NCBI GenBank assembly: GCA_964248365.1
Contig: CAXTYC010000009.1
Span: 61,991 to 125,990, forward strand
Direction: 5' to 3'
Length of the DNA stretch: 64,000 nucleotides
Source: an uncultured Chroococcidiopsis sp.
GTDB lineage: Bacteria; Cyanobacteriota; Cyanobacteriia; Cyanobacteriales; Chroococcidiopsidaceae
The notes beneath the pieces were generated by a model. That model searched no databases, was not told the origin of the DNA, and saw only the letters and a program-made list of their open reading frames with translations. Shown one piece after another: positions 49,441 to 59,810 of the stretch. The number at the start of each line of letters is the position of its first letter. The stretch's first letter is position 1. The position numbers and the translations under genes are program-made.

Positions 49441-50106
49441 CATGGTTGTCCTTTAATAAAAGCAAAGTAGGGTGGGCAATGCCTACCATCAATAATTTGG
49501 TGGGCATGGGTGGTTAGATTCAGTAAATTTACATACTTTACATTATGAGGATCTCAAACATAGGGGTTTGACTTTAGTTTTCCTACCTATGTTTATCCGT
49601 ATTCTTATCAAGTTTAAGCTTTTTTAGCTCTAGCTTAATCTTAATTAAGGTAGTTTACGTGTATTCACTTATATATTTTGAATAAATTAAACATTTCAAA
49701 TGATTATTTCTACCCAAAAATTACTGATAAATACGTAATTTTTTGATGAATTTTTACTGGCTTAAGTTAAGATTTAGTAGATTTATATACATTTCGTTAA
49801 AAAATATAAAGATCTTTAGAATTACTTAAAAAAATATTTCAATATAAATCCTCTTGAGATTCTTATAAATTTTAGCCAATATCGAAAGGGGGTGTTTCTA
49901 TTCAGGATATTACATTTTCAAGGGATTGTAAAAAGCTAAGCAACGGTAAGCAGCAATTTAAATTTTGCAGCAAGCACTAAACTATTAGTAGTAGCAAAAA
50001 ATACAAATAGTTATTAAGTGATTGCCCCAGGGCTAGTAGTCTTAGTGGTAAAAATATACTTCTTTTTTAACGACAAAACAAGTTGGAACTTCAAAATTAT
50101 AATCAA

Positions 50107-53100
50107 ATGAAAATACGTGAAAGATTAATTTTAAGTTTTATTGGTATTTCTTTGTTATTAGGATTTGTCAGCTACAACTGCCAAATGAAAAATTTTGAAA
50201 TCAAACGTTTTGCCTTGATAGCAAGTGAGAGTATTAAACAAGAAGTTAAAGGAGCTTCAGATATGTTTCTTGTGCAAGGAACTCAAATAGCTATTGTTTT
50301 AATAGGTATTTTAATCTGTGGCTCTATTTTAAAACTACTAAACAAACTAAAAGCCGTAGAAAAAATAGGAAAAGGAGGGCTGAATACAAGAGTTAATATT
50401 AAATCAAGAGATGTAGAAACTTTAGCAAATGCTTTTAATCAAATGATAGATGAAAGAAGCAAAACAACTATAGCTAAATCCTACTTCGAGCAAATTATCA
50501 ATTCGATGACAGATGTTTTAACTGTAATTGACTGTGATGGGAATATTATTAAAATTAATCAGGCAACAATAAACATTTTAGGGTATGCAGAAAATGAGTT
50601 AGTTGGGAAACCGTTTAATATAGTTTTAAGCCCTGAATTTTATCGAGTATTAGAACTAAGTGTGCTGAAAGGAAAAGGTGCGATCGCTAATGCCCAAACA
50701 GTTTATTTAACAAAAGACGGTAGCCAAATTCCTGTGACTTTTTCAGCTTCAGTTATGCAGGACAACCAACAAATACAGGTAATTATTTGTGTAGCACACG
50801 ATATTACTGAACGCCAAGAGGCAGAGAAATTTAATACCCTACTAGCTACCGCTGTAGATTATGCCGCTGATGCAATTGAAATTACTGATGCACAGGCAAG
50901 ATTTGAATACGTCAACCCAGCGTTTGAAAAAGTTACAGGCTATAAATCTTCAGATGTAATAGGCAAAACTTCTGCTAGCTTACTCCGAAGTGGTGAACAC
51001 GATGCCGCCTTTTATCAACAAATATCAGATACTTTGGCAAGTGGTCAAGTCTGGAGTGGTTGCTATATTGGAAAACGCAAGGATGGAACACTTTACCATC
51101 AAGAAGTTACTATTTCTCCTGTGAGCAATGCGGCAGGTGTAATTACTCATCATGTTGCTGTGAAGCGAGATATTACCCAGCGCAAGCAAGTAGAAGAAGC
51201 ACTGCGAGAAAGTCAAGCAAATTTATCTGCACTAATTGAAAATACTGGGGATGCAGTATGGTCAGTTGATACTGAATATAAAGTTATTACGCTCAATTCA
51301 AATTTCAAGCAGCAATTCTTATTGGCTTATGGAATTGAATTAAAAATAGGCATGAATATTGTAGAAGGTTTACCTGCTGAAATTCGTGCTGTTTGGGTGG
51401 AATATTATAACCATGCGCTTGCAGGTAAACGCTTTTGCTTTGAACAGCATTATGAATTTGCTAGTAGATCTGTAGATATTGAATTTTCTTTCAATCCAAT
51501 TTTTACCTCAGACGGTAAAGTAATAGGTATATCAGCTTTTGGTAGAAATATCACTGAGCATAAACGAGCGCAGGAACGATTAAAGAAAATCAATGAATGT
51601 TTTTTAAGTTTCCGAAGCGATCCAGTAGAAAACATTAATCGGCTGACTGCTTTATGTGGGGAACTTTTAGGAGCAGCTTTCACCTTATATAGCAACATTG
51701 AGGAGGGGATGCTCTGCTGTGTGGGACAATGGCAAGCCCCTATAGGATACAACTCTAAAGACAAACCAGAAGGGCATATTTGCTATGACGTTATCGAGCA
51801 AGCTAGTGAAGAAATTTTTGTTGTGCATGACTTACCTAACACAAAATATGCTCAAACTGACTCTAATGTTATTGCCTATAAATTACAAACATATATTGGT
51901 AAAGCAGTCAGATGTAGGCAAAGTGTAGTAGGTTCAATATGCGCCCTATATCAAAAAAACTATATTCCCACTGAAGATGATCGAAAAGTCATAAGTATCA
52001 TTGCGGCTGCAATTGGAGTAGAGGAAGAGCGCAGAGCCACACAACAATCACTGCGCGAGAGTGAACAGCGATATGCTCTAGCAGCATTGGCTGCTAATGA
52101 CGGGTTGTGGGATTGGAACTTGAAAACTAATAAAGTCTATTTTTCCCCACGCTCGAAAGCGCTTTTGGGCTGTCTGGAGGAAGAAATTGGCGATGACTGG
52201 TCAGAATTTTTCAAGCGGGTGCATCCTGATGATATTAACTTGCTTCGATGTGCAATCGCTACCCATCTGGAAGGCTCGACTACCCACTTTGAAAGCGAAT
52301 ATCGTGTGTTGCATCAAGATGGACAATATCGCTGGATTCTTTGTCGAGGACTTGCGGTACGCGACGAGGAGGGTAAACCAGTGCGGCTGGCTGGTTCCCA
52401 AACCGACATTACAGAGCGAAAATCAACTGAATCGCAATTGCTACATCAAGCCTTCCACGATACACTTACAGGGCTACCAAATCGACTCTTATTCCTAGAG
52501 CGGTTAAAGTATGCGTTCGGGCGTTCTAAACAAGTTGAAAATTATCTATTTGCCGTGCTATTTCTTGATTTAGACCGCTTCAAAGTAGTCAATGATAGCC
52601 TCGGTCATAATATTGGAGATCAACTACTTGTGGCGATCAGTGGGCGACTACAAGCTTGTTTACGTCCAGGCGATACTGTTTCACGTCTGGGCGGAGACGA
52701 GTTTACCATCTTGTTGGATGATATCAAAGATGTCAGTGATGCTACGTCTATTGCCAAGCGCATTTTACAGCATTTATCAATGCCATTTCAACTGAGTGGA
52801 CATGAAGTTTTTACCACCACTAGCATTGGCATTGCCATCAGTCACAGCGCCTGCAAGCAACCAGAAGATTTGCTAAGGGATGCGGACACGGTAATGTATC
52901 GCGCCAAAACACAAGGCAAAGCGCGTTTTGAAGTATTTGACACCACCCTGCATAATCAAGCTATGGCACGATTGCAGTTAGAATCTGACCTGCGACGAGC
53001 GCTGGAACGGCAAGAATTGCAGGTGTACTACCAGCCGATTGTTTCACTTAACAATAGCAGAATTATTGGTTTTGAGGCTTTAGTGCGTTGGCAGCATCCC

Positions 53101-53775
53101 CAAAAGGGCTTTGTGTCACCTGCCTCTTTTATTCCTGTAGCAGAAGAAACCGGATTGATTATCCCACTTGACTTGTGGGTGTTGCGACAAGCCTGCCAAC
53201 AGATCCGCACTTGGCAGTTGAAATTTCCACTCAACCCACCTTTGACTATTAGTGTGAATTTATCCGGCAAACATCTAGCACAACCTGATGTAGTCGAGAA
53301 AATAGAGGAGATTCTGCAACAGATTGGCTTTGATGCCCGCACTTTGAAGTTGGAAATTACCGAAAGCGTACTGGTGGAAAATGGCGTAGCTGCCACAGCA
53401 ATACTCAAGCAGCTTAAAGCTTTGGGGATAGGATTATCAATCGATGACTTTGGTACGGGTTATTCCTCTTTGAGTTATCTGCACCGCTTGCCAATTGATA
53501 CTTTAAAAATTGACCGCTCTTTCATTAATGATGTGGACTGCGATCCAGAAAAAATGGAAATTATTCGCACCGTCGTCGGCTTGGCGTGGAATTTAAGCAT
53601 GGATATCGTGGCGGAAGGGGTGGAAACGAAAAAGCAAATGTATCAACTCCAAGCACTCAGATGCGAGTACGGGCAGGGTTATTTATTCTCTAAACCAGTA
53701 GAATGCCAAAAGGCAGAAGCGTTACTTTCCGAACAATGGGTGGCTGATAAAGATTTATGGCTTGCTACTACATGA
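50107..53775 (+). CDS. Diguanylate cyclase/phosphodiesterase: HAMP-PASx3-GAF-PAS-GGDEF-EAL
   Basis: Two short TM segments, HAMP (LANAFNQM), repeated PAS/PAC (DITERK-type ends), RLGGDEF, FEALVRW, IDDFGTGYSS. Confidence 0.9.
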   Translation: MKIRERLILSFIGISLLLGFVSYNCQMKNFEIKRFALIASESIKQEVKGASDMFLVQGTQIAIVLIGILICGSILKLLNKLKAVEKIGKGGLNTRVNIKSRDVETLANAFNQMIDERSKTTIAKSYFEQIINSMTDVLTVIDCDGNIIKINQATINILGYAENELVGKPFNIVLSPEFYRVLELSVLKGKGAIANAQTVYLTKDGSQIPVTFSASVMQDNQQIQVIICVAHDITERQEAEKFNTLLATAVDYAADAIEITDAQARFEYVNPAFEKVTGYKSSDVIGKTSASLLRSGEHDAAFYQQISDTLASGQVWSGCYIGKRKDGTLYHQEVTISPVSNAAGVITHHVAVKRDITQRKQVEEALRESQANLSALIENTGDAVWSVDTEYKVITLNSNFKQQFLLAYGIELKIGMNIVEGLPAEIRAVWVEYYNHALAGKRFCFEQHYEFASRSVDIEFSFNPIFTSDGKVIGISAFGRNITEHKRAQERLKKINECFLSFRSDPVENINRLTALCGELLGAAFTLYSNIEEGMLCCVGQWQAPIGYNSKDKPEGHICYDVIEQASEEIFVVHDLPNTKYAQTDSNVIAYKLQTYIGKAVRCRQSVVGSICALYQKNYIPTEDDRKVISIIAAAIGVEEERRATQQSLRESEQRYALAALAANDGLWDWNLKTNKVYFSPRSKALLGCLEEEIGDDWSEFFKRVHPDDINLLRCAIATHLEGSTTHFESEYRVLHQDGQYRWILCRGLAVRDEEGKPVRLAGSQTDITERKSTESQLLHQAFHDTLTGLPNRLLFLERLKYAFGRSKQVENYLFAVLFLDLDRFKVVNDSLGHNIGDQLLVAISGRLQACLRPGDTVSRLGGDEFTILLDDIKDVSDATSIAKRILQHLSMPFQLSGHEVFTTTSIGIAISHSACKQPEDLLRDADTVMYRAKTQGKARFEVFDTTLHNQAMARLQLESDLRRALERQELQVYYQPIVSLNNSRIIGFEALVRWQHPQKGFVSPASFIPVAEETGLIIPLDLWVLRQACQQIRTWQLKFPLNPPLTISVNLSGKHLAQPDVVEKIEEILQQIGFDARTLKLEITESVLVENGVAATAILKQLKALGIGLSIDDFGTGYSSLSYLHRLPIDTLKIDRSFINDVDCDPEKMEIIRTVVGLAWNLSMDIVAEGVETKKQMYQLQALRCEYGQGYLFSKPVECQKAEALLSEQWVADKDLWLATT

Positions 53776-53776
53776 G

Positions 53777-54490
53777 TTATATACAGCCACCAAAGACGGC
53801 TAACCCGTAATATTTCCAAGGTACTGCTACCTTGTTGAATCCGGCTTGGGTTAACATTTGCAAATGTGCTGACAAGGTAGCGAGCTGATCGGGGTTGGAA
53901 TGACCTTGAGGGCTGCTTTTGCCTATGCGATCGCGTATCTGTGCTGGTGTAGTTTCCTGCTGTAGCCACTCGTCTCTCACTGCCTGGTAAAATTCCTCTA
54001 GCTGTGGCGATTCAGGCAAAGTTGGGTCAGCATTCCAAAACCAGCCATTGGGATTGAGACTGGTGCGAATCCGTTGAAATAATTTCAGCTTCATTTCATC
54101 TGTAAGATGGTGAATTGCTAAGGATGAGACGCATGCATCAAACCCAGTCCCTATTTCTACCCTAGTTGGGTCATTTGCCCAGTCGCCAAAATCTGCTTGT
54201 ATCCCCGTCCAACGGTCTGCATATCCACAGGCTTGAATTTTCTGCTTGGCAAATTGTAGCATTCGCGGCGAGTAATCTACAGCTACTACTTGGGCAGATG
54301 GGCAACGTTTCATTAGCTTGAGACTGAGTTCGCCAGTGCCGCAGCCTAGTTCAAGGATGCGATCGCTTGTGGTAGGAACAATACGAGTAAGAGTATCTAG
54401 CATTTCGTCGTAGCGCGGGATCAGCTGGCGAATGCCTGTGTCAAAGTCGCTTGTGTTGGCAAATACTTCGCCTGGGAATAGTTGTGTCAT
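53777..54490 (-). CDS. Class I SAM-dependent methyltransferase
   Basis: ILELGCGTG, VDYSPRML, SSLAIHHL. Confidence 0.9.
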   Translation of the reverse strand: MTQLFPGEVFANTSDFDTGIRQLIPRYDEMLDTLTRIVPTTSDRILELGCGTGELSLKLMKRCPSAQVVAVDYSPRMLQFAKQKIQACGYADRWTGIQADFGDWANDPTRVEIGTGFDACVSSLAIHHLTDEMKLKLFQRIRTSLNPNGWFWNADPTLPESPQLEEFYQAVRDEWLQQETTPAQIRDRIGKSSPQGHSNPDQLATLSAHLQMLTQAGFNKVAVPWKYYGLAVFGGCI

Positions 54491-54578
54491 AAGAAGAGGT
54501 GAACGAACCGCAAAGACGCAATGAACGCGAAGGAAAGAATAATAAGATTTTATTAGGTTTTAGTGGAAGGAATTTAAG

Positions 54579-55256
54579 ATGATTGACGCTGCCTACGTTT
54601 TTTTGGCTGGAGCTAGTCGAGGGGTGGGGCGAGAAGTTGCTAAATGTTTGATCGAACAGCAGATGAAGGTGAAGGCGTTGTTGAGAACTCCAGATGCACG
54701 GGGAGAATTGGAAGGGATGGGTATTGAGGTTGTAATGGGAGATGCTCTGAATTTTGGGGATCTGGAAAGGGCGATGTTGGGGGATGAGCGTATCTATGCG
54801 GTTATTAGTACGATTGGCGGTTTACCCCAGGATGGAGAAAGGGCAGATTATTTGGGCAATAAAAATTTAATCGATGTGGCTGTAAAAGCTGGAGTGCAAA
54901 AGTTTATTTTGGTTTCTTCGATTGGTAGTGGTAATAGTGCTGTTGCTTTACCTCCCCAAGCTTTGGCTACACTGGGATCTGTTTTGGTTGAGAAGGAGCA
55001 AGCGGAAAAGTATTTGATTCAAAGTGGATTGACTTATACTATTATTCGACCAGGTGGATTGAAGTCAGAACCTGCAACTGGTAATGGAGTGCTAACTGAA
55101 GATCCCCGTCTTGCTGGAACAATTCATCGCGCCGATGTAGCTCAGTTGGTTTGCCGCTGTCTCAATTGTGACTCTTCTAATAATAAAATACTTTCGGCAG
55201 TAGATCGACAGATGATTTATGGGCAACCCCAGTTTGAGGAGTTTAGCTTCATTTAA
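54579..55256 (+). CDS. Atypical SDR / NAD(P)-binding oxidoreductase
   Basis: AGASRGVG, DYLGNKNLID, YTIIRPGGL, IHRADVA. Confidence 0.88.
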   Translation: MIDAAYVFLAGASRGVGREVAKCLIEQQMKVKALLRTPDARGELEGMGIEVVMGDALNFGDLERAMLGDERIYAVISTIGGLPQDGERADYLGNKNLIDVAVKAGVQKFILVSSIGSGNSAVALPPQALATLGSVLVEKEQAEKYLIQSGLTYTIIRPGGLKSEPATGNGVLTEDPRLAGTIHRADVAQLVCRCLNCDSSNNKILSAVDRQMIYGQPQFEEFSFI

Positions 55257-55698
55257 AGGTTTTTACCCAGCCTCGCCCGATTACCCAGTTAAGGATGATA
55301 GCGGCAATGGTAAACCATAATATACTTTCCCCTGCCACGATCGCAAAAGGTAAAACTAAGCCAGAAGTGCTTAGCCCTATATCTAACTGGGTTAATCCTC
55401 GCACCCCCCCAAAGGCTAATACTGCTCCTGATTTAAGATGAAAATTGCGATCGCCTCGAATTACATAGCGGTAAGTTACGCCAAATAGGAACCCACAAAT
55501 TACCGCTATAGTACCACTGACTAACCACTGCCAGCTATATGGCTCGACTTGCCAAGTGTTCAAAGCGATAAAATACTTGGCAAAAAACAGATTATTCACA
55601 AAGGTTGTGAAAATGAAGGCGAACAATAAGGACGCTCCTGCTACGATTCCAGCTTTGAGCGATTCTAGCCGTTCTACCTGATCGGGCGTATCTTTCAT
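55249..55698 (-). CDS. Hypothetical membrane protein
   Basis: ERLESLKAG, LFGVTYRYVIRGDRN.HLKSGAVLAFG..RGL; about four TM segments. Confidence 0.75.
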   Translation of the reverse strand: MKDTPDQVERLESLKAGIVAGASLLFAFIFTTFVNNLFFAKYFIALNTWQVEPYSWQWLVSGTIAVICGFLFGVTYRYVIRGDRNFHLKSGAVLAFGGVRGLTQLDIGLSTSGLVLPFAIVAGESILWFTIAAIILNWVIGRGWVKTFK

Positions 55699-55841
55699 GA
55701 ACTAAGCTAATGTATTAATGCCCAATGATAAGTGCGATCGCCTTGAATTTATAATTCATCTTTCTTCCCTATCCTAAGTGCGCCGCTTCCAAGTATGATT
55801 AATATTAGAGTTGTTTTGTAAATTAGTTTAAGACTGCTGCT

Positions 55842-55931
55842 ATGGAGATTTTGACACTGGGTTGGGTTGCACTGCTAGTTACCTTCACTTGGTCAATTGC
55901 AATGGTAGTTTGGGGTCGCAACGGGCTGTAA
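55842..55931 (+). CDS. petN: Cytochrome b6f complex subunit PetN
   Basis: 29 aa [29 protein letters not shown]; below the ORF-track cut-off. Confidence 0.95.
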   Translation: MEILTLGWVALLVTFTWSIAMVVWGRNGL

Positions 55932-55938
55932 AATTAGC

Positions 55939-56100
55939 GTGGAAATTACACTTTACAATGTTCTTGTTATAGCTGCGTTTGGTTTACTGTTGGCTGTCAC
56001 AGGGGGTATTGGTTATTTGACCGCAGCACAATGGCGCGATCGCCGTCGTCAAGCGCAGGAAAAACGAGAACTTCGACGCGCTGGCAAAAAGCGGCGATGA
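55939..56100 (+). CDS. Small single-TM protein with basic tail (53 aa)
   Basis: GTG start 7 bp after petN; MEITLYNVLVIAAFGLLLAVTGGIGYLTAAQWRDRRRQ..KKRR. Confidence 0.7.
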   Translation: MEITLYNVLVIAAFGLLLAVTGGIGYLTAAQWRDRRRQAQEKRELRRAGKKRR

Positions 56101-56218
56101 TACTTGAGGAGCGCGCGTGAGAGCAAAGGGGAGAGTGGGAGAGTGGGAGAACTACAAAACTACAAAACTCCTGATTGCTTTTCCCTCTTCCTGCGCCCCT
56201 ACGCCCCTTAATTTATAG

Positions 56219-57190
56219 CTATGGTAACAATCCCTTCGCTGCAAGCCATTCTTGATTAAACAACCGCGACTGGTAACGACCACCGCTATCACAAAGAATA
56301 GTTACAATTGTATGACCTTCCCCCATCTGTTTCGCCAATGCCACAGCTGCTGCTACATTAATTCCCGTCGAACCACCTACAAACAACCCTTCCTCTCTTA
56401 GCAGTTTGTAAACCACTCGCACCGCATCAGGATCAGTGATTTGAATTGCATCATCAATAGGTGCGCCTTCTAAATTTGCCGTAACGCGACTATTACCAAT
56501 GCCTTCTGTGATCGAAGAGCCTTCACTTTTGGTTTCACCCGTTTTGATATAACTATAAAGCGCACTACCCAGAGGATCAGCCAAGACTGTTTTAATTGCG
56601 GGATTTTTCTGTTTGAGGTACATTGCTACACCTGCAAGAGTTCCACCAGTTCCCGTTGACGTTACCCACACATCGACTTTACCATCAGTTTGTTCCCAAA
56701 TTTCTCGCCCAGTAGTTTCGTAATGAGCCTGACGATTTGCTAAGTTATCAAATTGATTAGCCCAGATCGCATTTTCCATTTCAGATGCAATTCTACCGGA
56801 GAGCCTGACATAATTATTAGGGTCTTTGTATGGTACAGCTGGCACTGTGCGTACTTCTGCCCCCAGTGTTTTCAAAGCATCTATCTTCTCTTGCGACTGG
56901 GTATCAGGAATCACAATCAAACATTTGTAGCCTTTGGCATTGCAAATATGAGCTAGACCAATGCCTGTGTTCCCAGCAGTTCCCTCGACCACTGTACCAC
57001 CTGGTTTGAGCAAGCCTTTTGATTCTGCATCTTGAATGATGTAAAGTGCTGCTCTATCTTTGACAGAACCACCAGGATTAAGAAACTCCGCTTTACCAAG
57101 GATTTCGCACCCAGTTTCTGCGCTGAATTTGTTTAACCGGATCAGGGGGGTGTTTCCAACGGTATCTACAAAGCCGTTCTTGATATCCAT
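56219..57190 (-). CDS. cysK: Cysteine synthase family PLP enzyme
   Basis: GNTPLIRL, NPGGSVKDR, EGTAGNTG, GTGGTLAG, TEGIG, ILCDSG.RY. Confidence 0.85.
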   Translation of the reverse strand: MDIKNGFVDTVGNTPLIRLNKFSAETGCEILGKAEFLNPGGSVKDRAALYIIQDAESKGLLKPGGTVVEGTAGNTGIGLAHICNAKGYKCLIVIPDTQSQEKIDALKTLGAEVRTVPAVPYKDPNNYVRLSGRIASEMENAIWANQFDNLANRQAHYETTGREIWEQTDGKVDVWVTSTGTGGTLAGVAMYLKQKNPAIKTVLADPLGSALYSYIKTGETKSEGSSITEGIGNSRVTANLEGAPIDDAIQITDPDAVRVVYKLLREEGLFVGGSTGINVAAAVALAKQMGEGHTIVTILCDSGGRYQSRLFNQEWLAAKGLLP

Positions 57191-57302
57191 TCTCAAATTA
57201 CCGCTTAATTAATCTTCTATAAAAATTTTGGCTTATAGCGTTGGTGGAATTGAAGGTTTATGGATGGGCGATCGCACCTTTATAATTTCAATAACTCTTT
57301 TC

Positions 57303-57887
57303 TTACCAAACTTTACTCATATTCAAGACAAATCCAGGTAACACTTGTTCGCCGCTAACAAGGGCGGGATTATCTAGACATTCAACTTCTAACCCAGGAC
57401 GATATATATATACTTTGTGATCCTTGCGATCGATCAGCCAACCTAGCTGTATTCCTGGCTCTTGCATATATTCAATCATTTTTTCGAGCAATGGCTTGAG
57501 GTTGTCACTGGGAGATCTCAGTTCAACTACGAAATCTGGACAAATCGGTGCAAACCTTTGCTGTTGTTGTGGTGTAAAAGTATTCCACCGATCTAATTTT
57601 ATCCAAGAGGCATCGGGAGAACGTTCTGCACCTGTTGATAGCTTAAATCCTGTGCTGGAATCAAAACAAATACCTGTTGAGTCCTGTTCTGCCCAAATTC
57701 CTAGCTGTAAAGCTATGTTGAAATTACGATTACCAGTTTCTGAACCAGTAGGGGGCATGATTGATATTTCTCCCAATTTATTCCGTTCAATGCGTAAGTC
57801 ACGATTAATTTGACAAAACTCAAAAAACTGCTCGTCTGTCATTTGTAATTCTGGCGGCATTTGTAACACGATAGGAGATGAAAGCAT
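57303..57887 (-). CDS. Uma2 family endonuclease-like protein
   Basis: MPPTG, FDSSTGF, RSPDASW, CPDFVVELRSPSD, LGWLID. Confidence 0.9.
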   Translation of the reverse strand: MLSSPIVLQMPPELQMTDEQFFEFCQINRDLRIERNKLGEISIMPPTGSETGNRNFNIALQLGIWAEQDSTGICFDSSTGFKLSTGAERSPDASWIKLDRWNTFTPQQQQRFAPICPDFVVELRSPSDNLKPLLEKMIEYMQEPGIQLGWLIDRKDHKVYIYRPGLEVECLDNPALVSGEQVLPGFVLNMSKVW

Positions 57888-58134
57888 AATATATATCCTC
57901 AAGTTGCCTCAAGTTTAAGGTGCAAAAAGCGTTTTCTATGATCTTATAAATAACTGTAAGGTGGACATGAGTGGCATACTTTAGATTTCAATAGTAGTTT
58001 CAATAGTGTTGCTCATTTGCTGGAGGCGCACTCTTACCTGGTATAAAAAATTACGGCGCTACAAACTTATCCCTTTACGGATATCGTCTGTATAGCCGCA
58101 AATTTAAAGGAGCGATCGCAATATCTAATTACAC

Positions 58135-58773
58135 CTATTTATTTGGTTGAGGAGTCATCCGTAGGTAGGGTTTTACTTCTTCGTAACCTTGGGGAAATTT
58201 CTCTTTGAGTACTTCTGGATCTTTAAGTGATGGGACAATTACACAGTCATCCCCATCTTTCCAGTTAGCTGGAGTCGCTACGCTGTAGTTGTCAGTCAGT
58301 TGCAAAGAATCAATCACCCGCAGAATTTCAGCAAAGTTACGTCCAGTGCTTGCAGGGTAAGTCAAGACGAGACGGAGTTTCTTATTCGGGTCGATGATGA
58401 AGACTGATCGCACCGTTAGGGTATTATTCGCATTGGGGTGGATCATGTCGTAAAGGTCAGAAACCTTGCGATCGGCATCTGCTAAAATTGGGTAGTTGAC
58501 AGTTGAGTTCTGGGTTTCTTCAATATCACCAATCCAACCTTTGTGAGACTCTACATCATCAACGCTTAGAGCTATCACTTTAACATTGCGCTTGTCAAAT
58601 TCTGGCTTGAGACGACCAACTTCCCCTAGTTCTGTGGTGCAAACCGGAGTATAGTCGGCAGGGTGAGAAAATAGAACAACCCAGCTATCACCAGCCCAGT
58701 CATAAAAATCAATTTCCCCAAGGCTTGAAGCTTGCTTAAAGTTGGGTACTGTATCACCTAATCTGAGAGCCAT
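58135..58773 (-). CDS. 1-Cys peroxiredoxin (Prx6)
   Basis: FSHPADYTPVCTTE, YPASTGRNF, ATPANW. Confidence 0.93.
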   Translation of the reverse strand: MALRLGDTVPNFKQASSLGEIDFYDWAGDSWVVLFSHPADYTPVCTTELGEVGRLKPEFDKRNVKVIALSVDDVESHKGWIGDIEETQNSTVNYPILADADRKVSDLYDMIHPNANNTLTVRSVFIIDPNKKLRLVLTYPASTGRNFAEILRVIDSLQLTDNYSVATPANWKDGDDCVIVPSLKDPEVLKEKFPQGYEEVKPYLRMTPQPNK

Positions 58774-58886
58774 TATCGTTTCCCCCTGTCAAAATGCCCT
58801 AGTTCGTCTACTTTGTGATCATGACATAAAACCCCAGTTTTCCGATTGGAGTGTCGCTGTTTTAATAAAATTTTAGGTTACGAAAA

Positions 58887-58995
58887 CTAGGGGCTAGGGG
58901 CTAGAGGCTAGGGGCTAGGGTGAGGGGGAATCAGGGGAGAGTGAGAGACAAATTACCAACTACCAATTACCAACTACCAATTACCAATTACCACC
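58887..58995. repeat. STRR cluster (CTAGGGG)n plus (TTACCAA/CTACCAA)n
   Basis: Directly visible tandem heptamers. Confidence 0.85.
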
Positions 58996-59165
58996 CTAGT
59001 ATTTTCACTGTTCTCAGATTGAAAGCGAGTTTGCTATATCAGGTGTAAACAAAATTACTCTACAGTAACCACCTGTTTGATGAAAAAGATATTTTTAGCT
59101 TTACCAAGTATTCAGCAACCGCGCTTTACACTCCTGTCTTAATATATATCTATCTAAATCCTCAG

Positions 59166-59480
59166 TTGATTGCGGGTATTGCAGCAACCTTTGGTTTCTT
59201 GTCATTGACGGCTTGTAGTGGGAGTAATGATAACCCAGACAACTTTACTGGGCTGAAAATTAAATTATTGGTAGGTAGCGCTTTAGGAGATTTCTGCAAC
59301 TCTTCCATTGCCAAGTTTAATGCTACTCAACCCAAACTTAATAATGATACAGCCTTTCGTGCTACCTGCGAAACAATGGGGAATGGGGATATTGTTACGC
59401 AACTGTTATTTCTAAGTAAACAGTTCAAAGCCGGAACTTTGAAAGCTGATGCACCAAAATTTCCCAGCTTAGTCTCTTCT
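59166..59480 (+). pseudogene. 5' fragment of a putative solute-binding lipoprotein, truncated by an IS remnant
   Basis: LSLTAC lipobox-like motif then KIKLLVGSALGDFC..FNATQPKL..; the sequence switches to transposase DNA near 59485. Confidence 0.5.
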
Positions 59481-59484
59481 GACT

Positions 59485-59810
59485 TGATGTTACCTCAGTT
59501 CTCGCTCCTCAACTTTGGACAGGAGCTTGTGTTGCTATGGATAATTTACCTGCTCACAAAGCGGCAAAAGTCTGAAAGGCTACTGAATCGGTTGGAGCTA
59601 GAATTAAATTGTTATCTCCTTATTCTCCTGATTTTAATCAAGCGCGAAAATTGTTGGTCAAATCTCAAAGAATATTTAAGAAGTCAAGAAGCCCGAACTT
59701 ATGAAAACCGCTCAAGCTATTGCCCAAGCTATGAATTTCGTGGCTGACAAAGACATTATTGGCTGGTTCACTGGGGCTATTATTATGTCCCATTCAATTA
59801 AAAACTGCTA
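59485..59810 (+). mobile_element. IS630-family transposase 3' remnant with probable right end
   Basis: Across frames: VLAPQLWTGACVAMDNLPAHK..LSPYSPDFN..ENCWSNLKEYLRS..ARTYE..DIIGWF, with an internal stop and frameshifts. Confidence 0.8.

Noticed and set aside
45169..50106. c-di-GMP riboswitch in the spacers before the GGDEF-EAL genes
   Set aside because: No convincing two-hairpin GEMM structure seen
59166..59747. Intact 193-aa protein
   Set aside because: The 3' half is IS630 transposase DNA read largely out of frame
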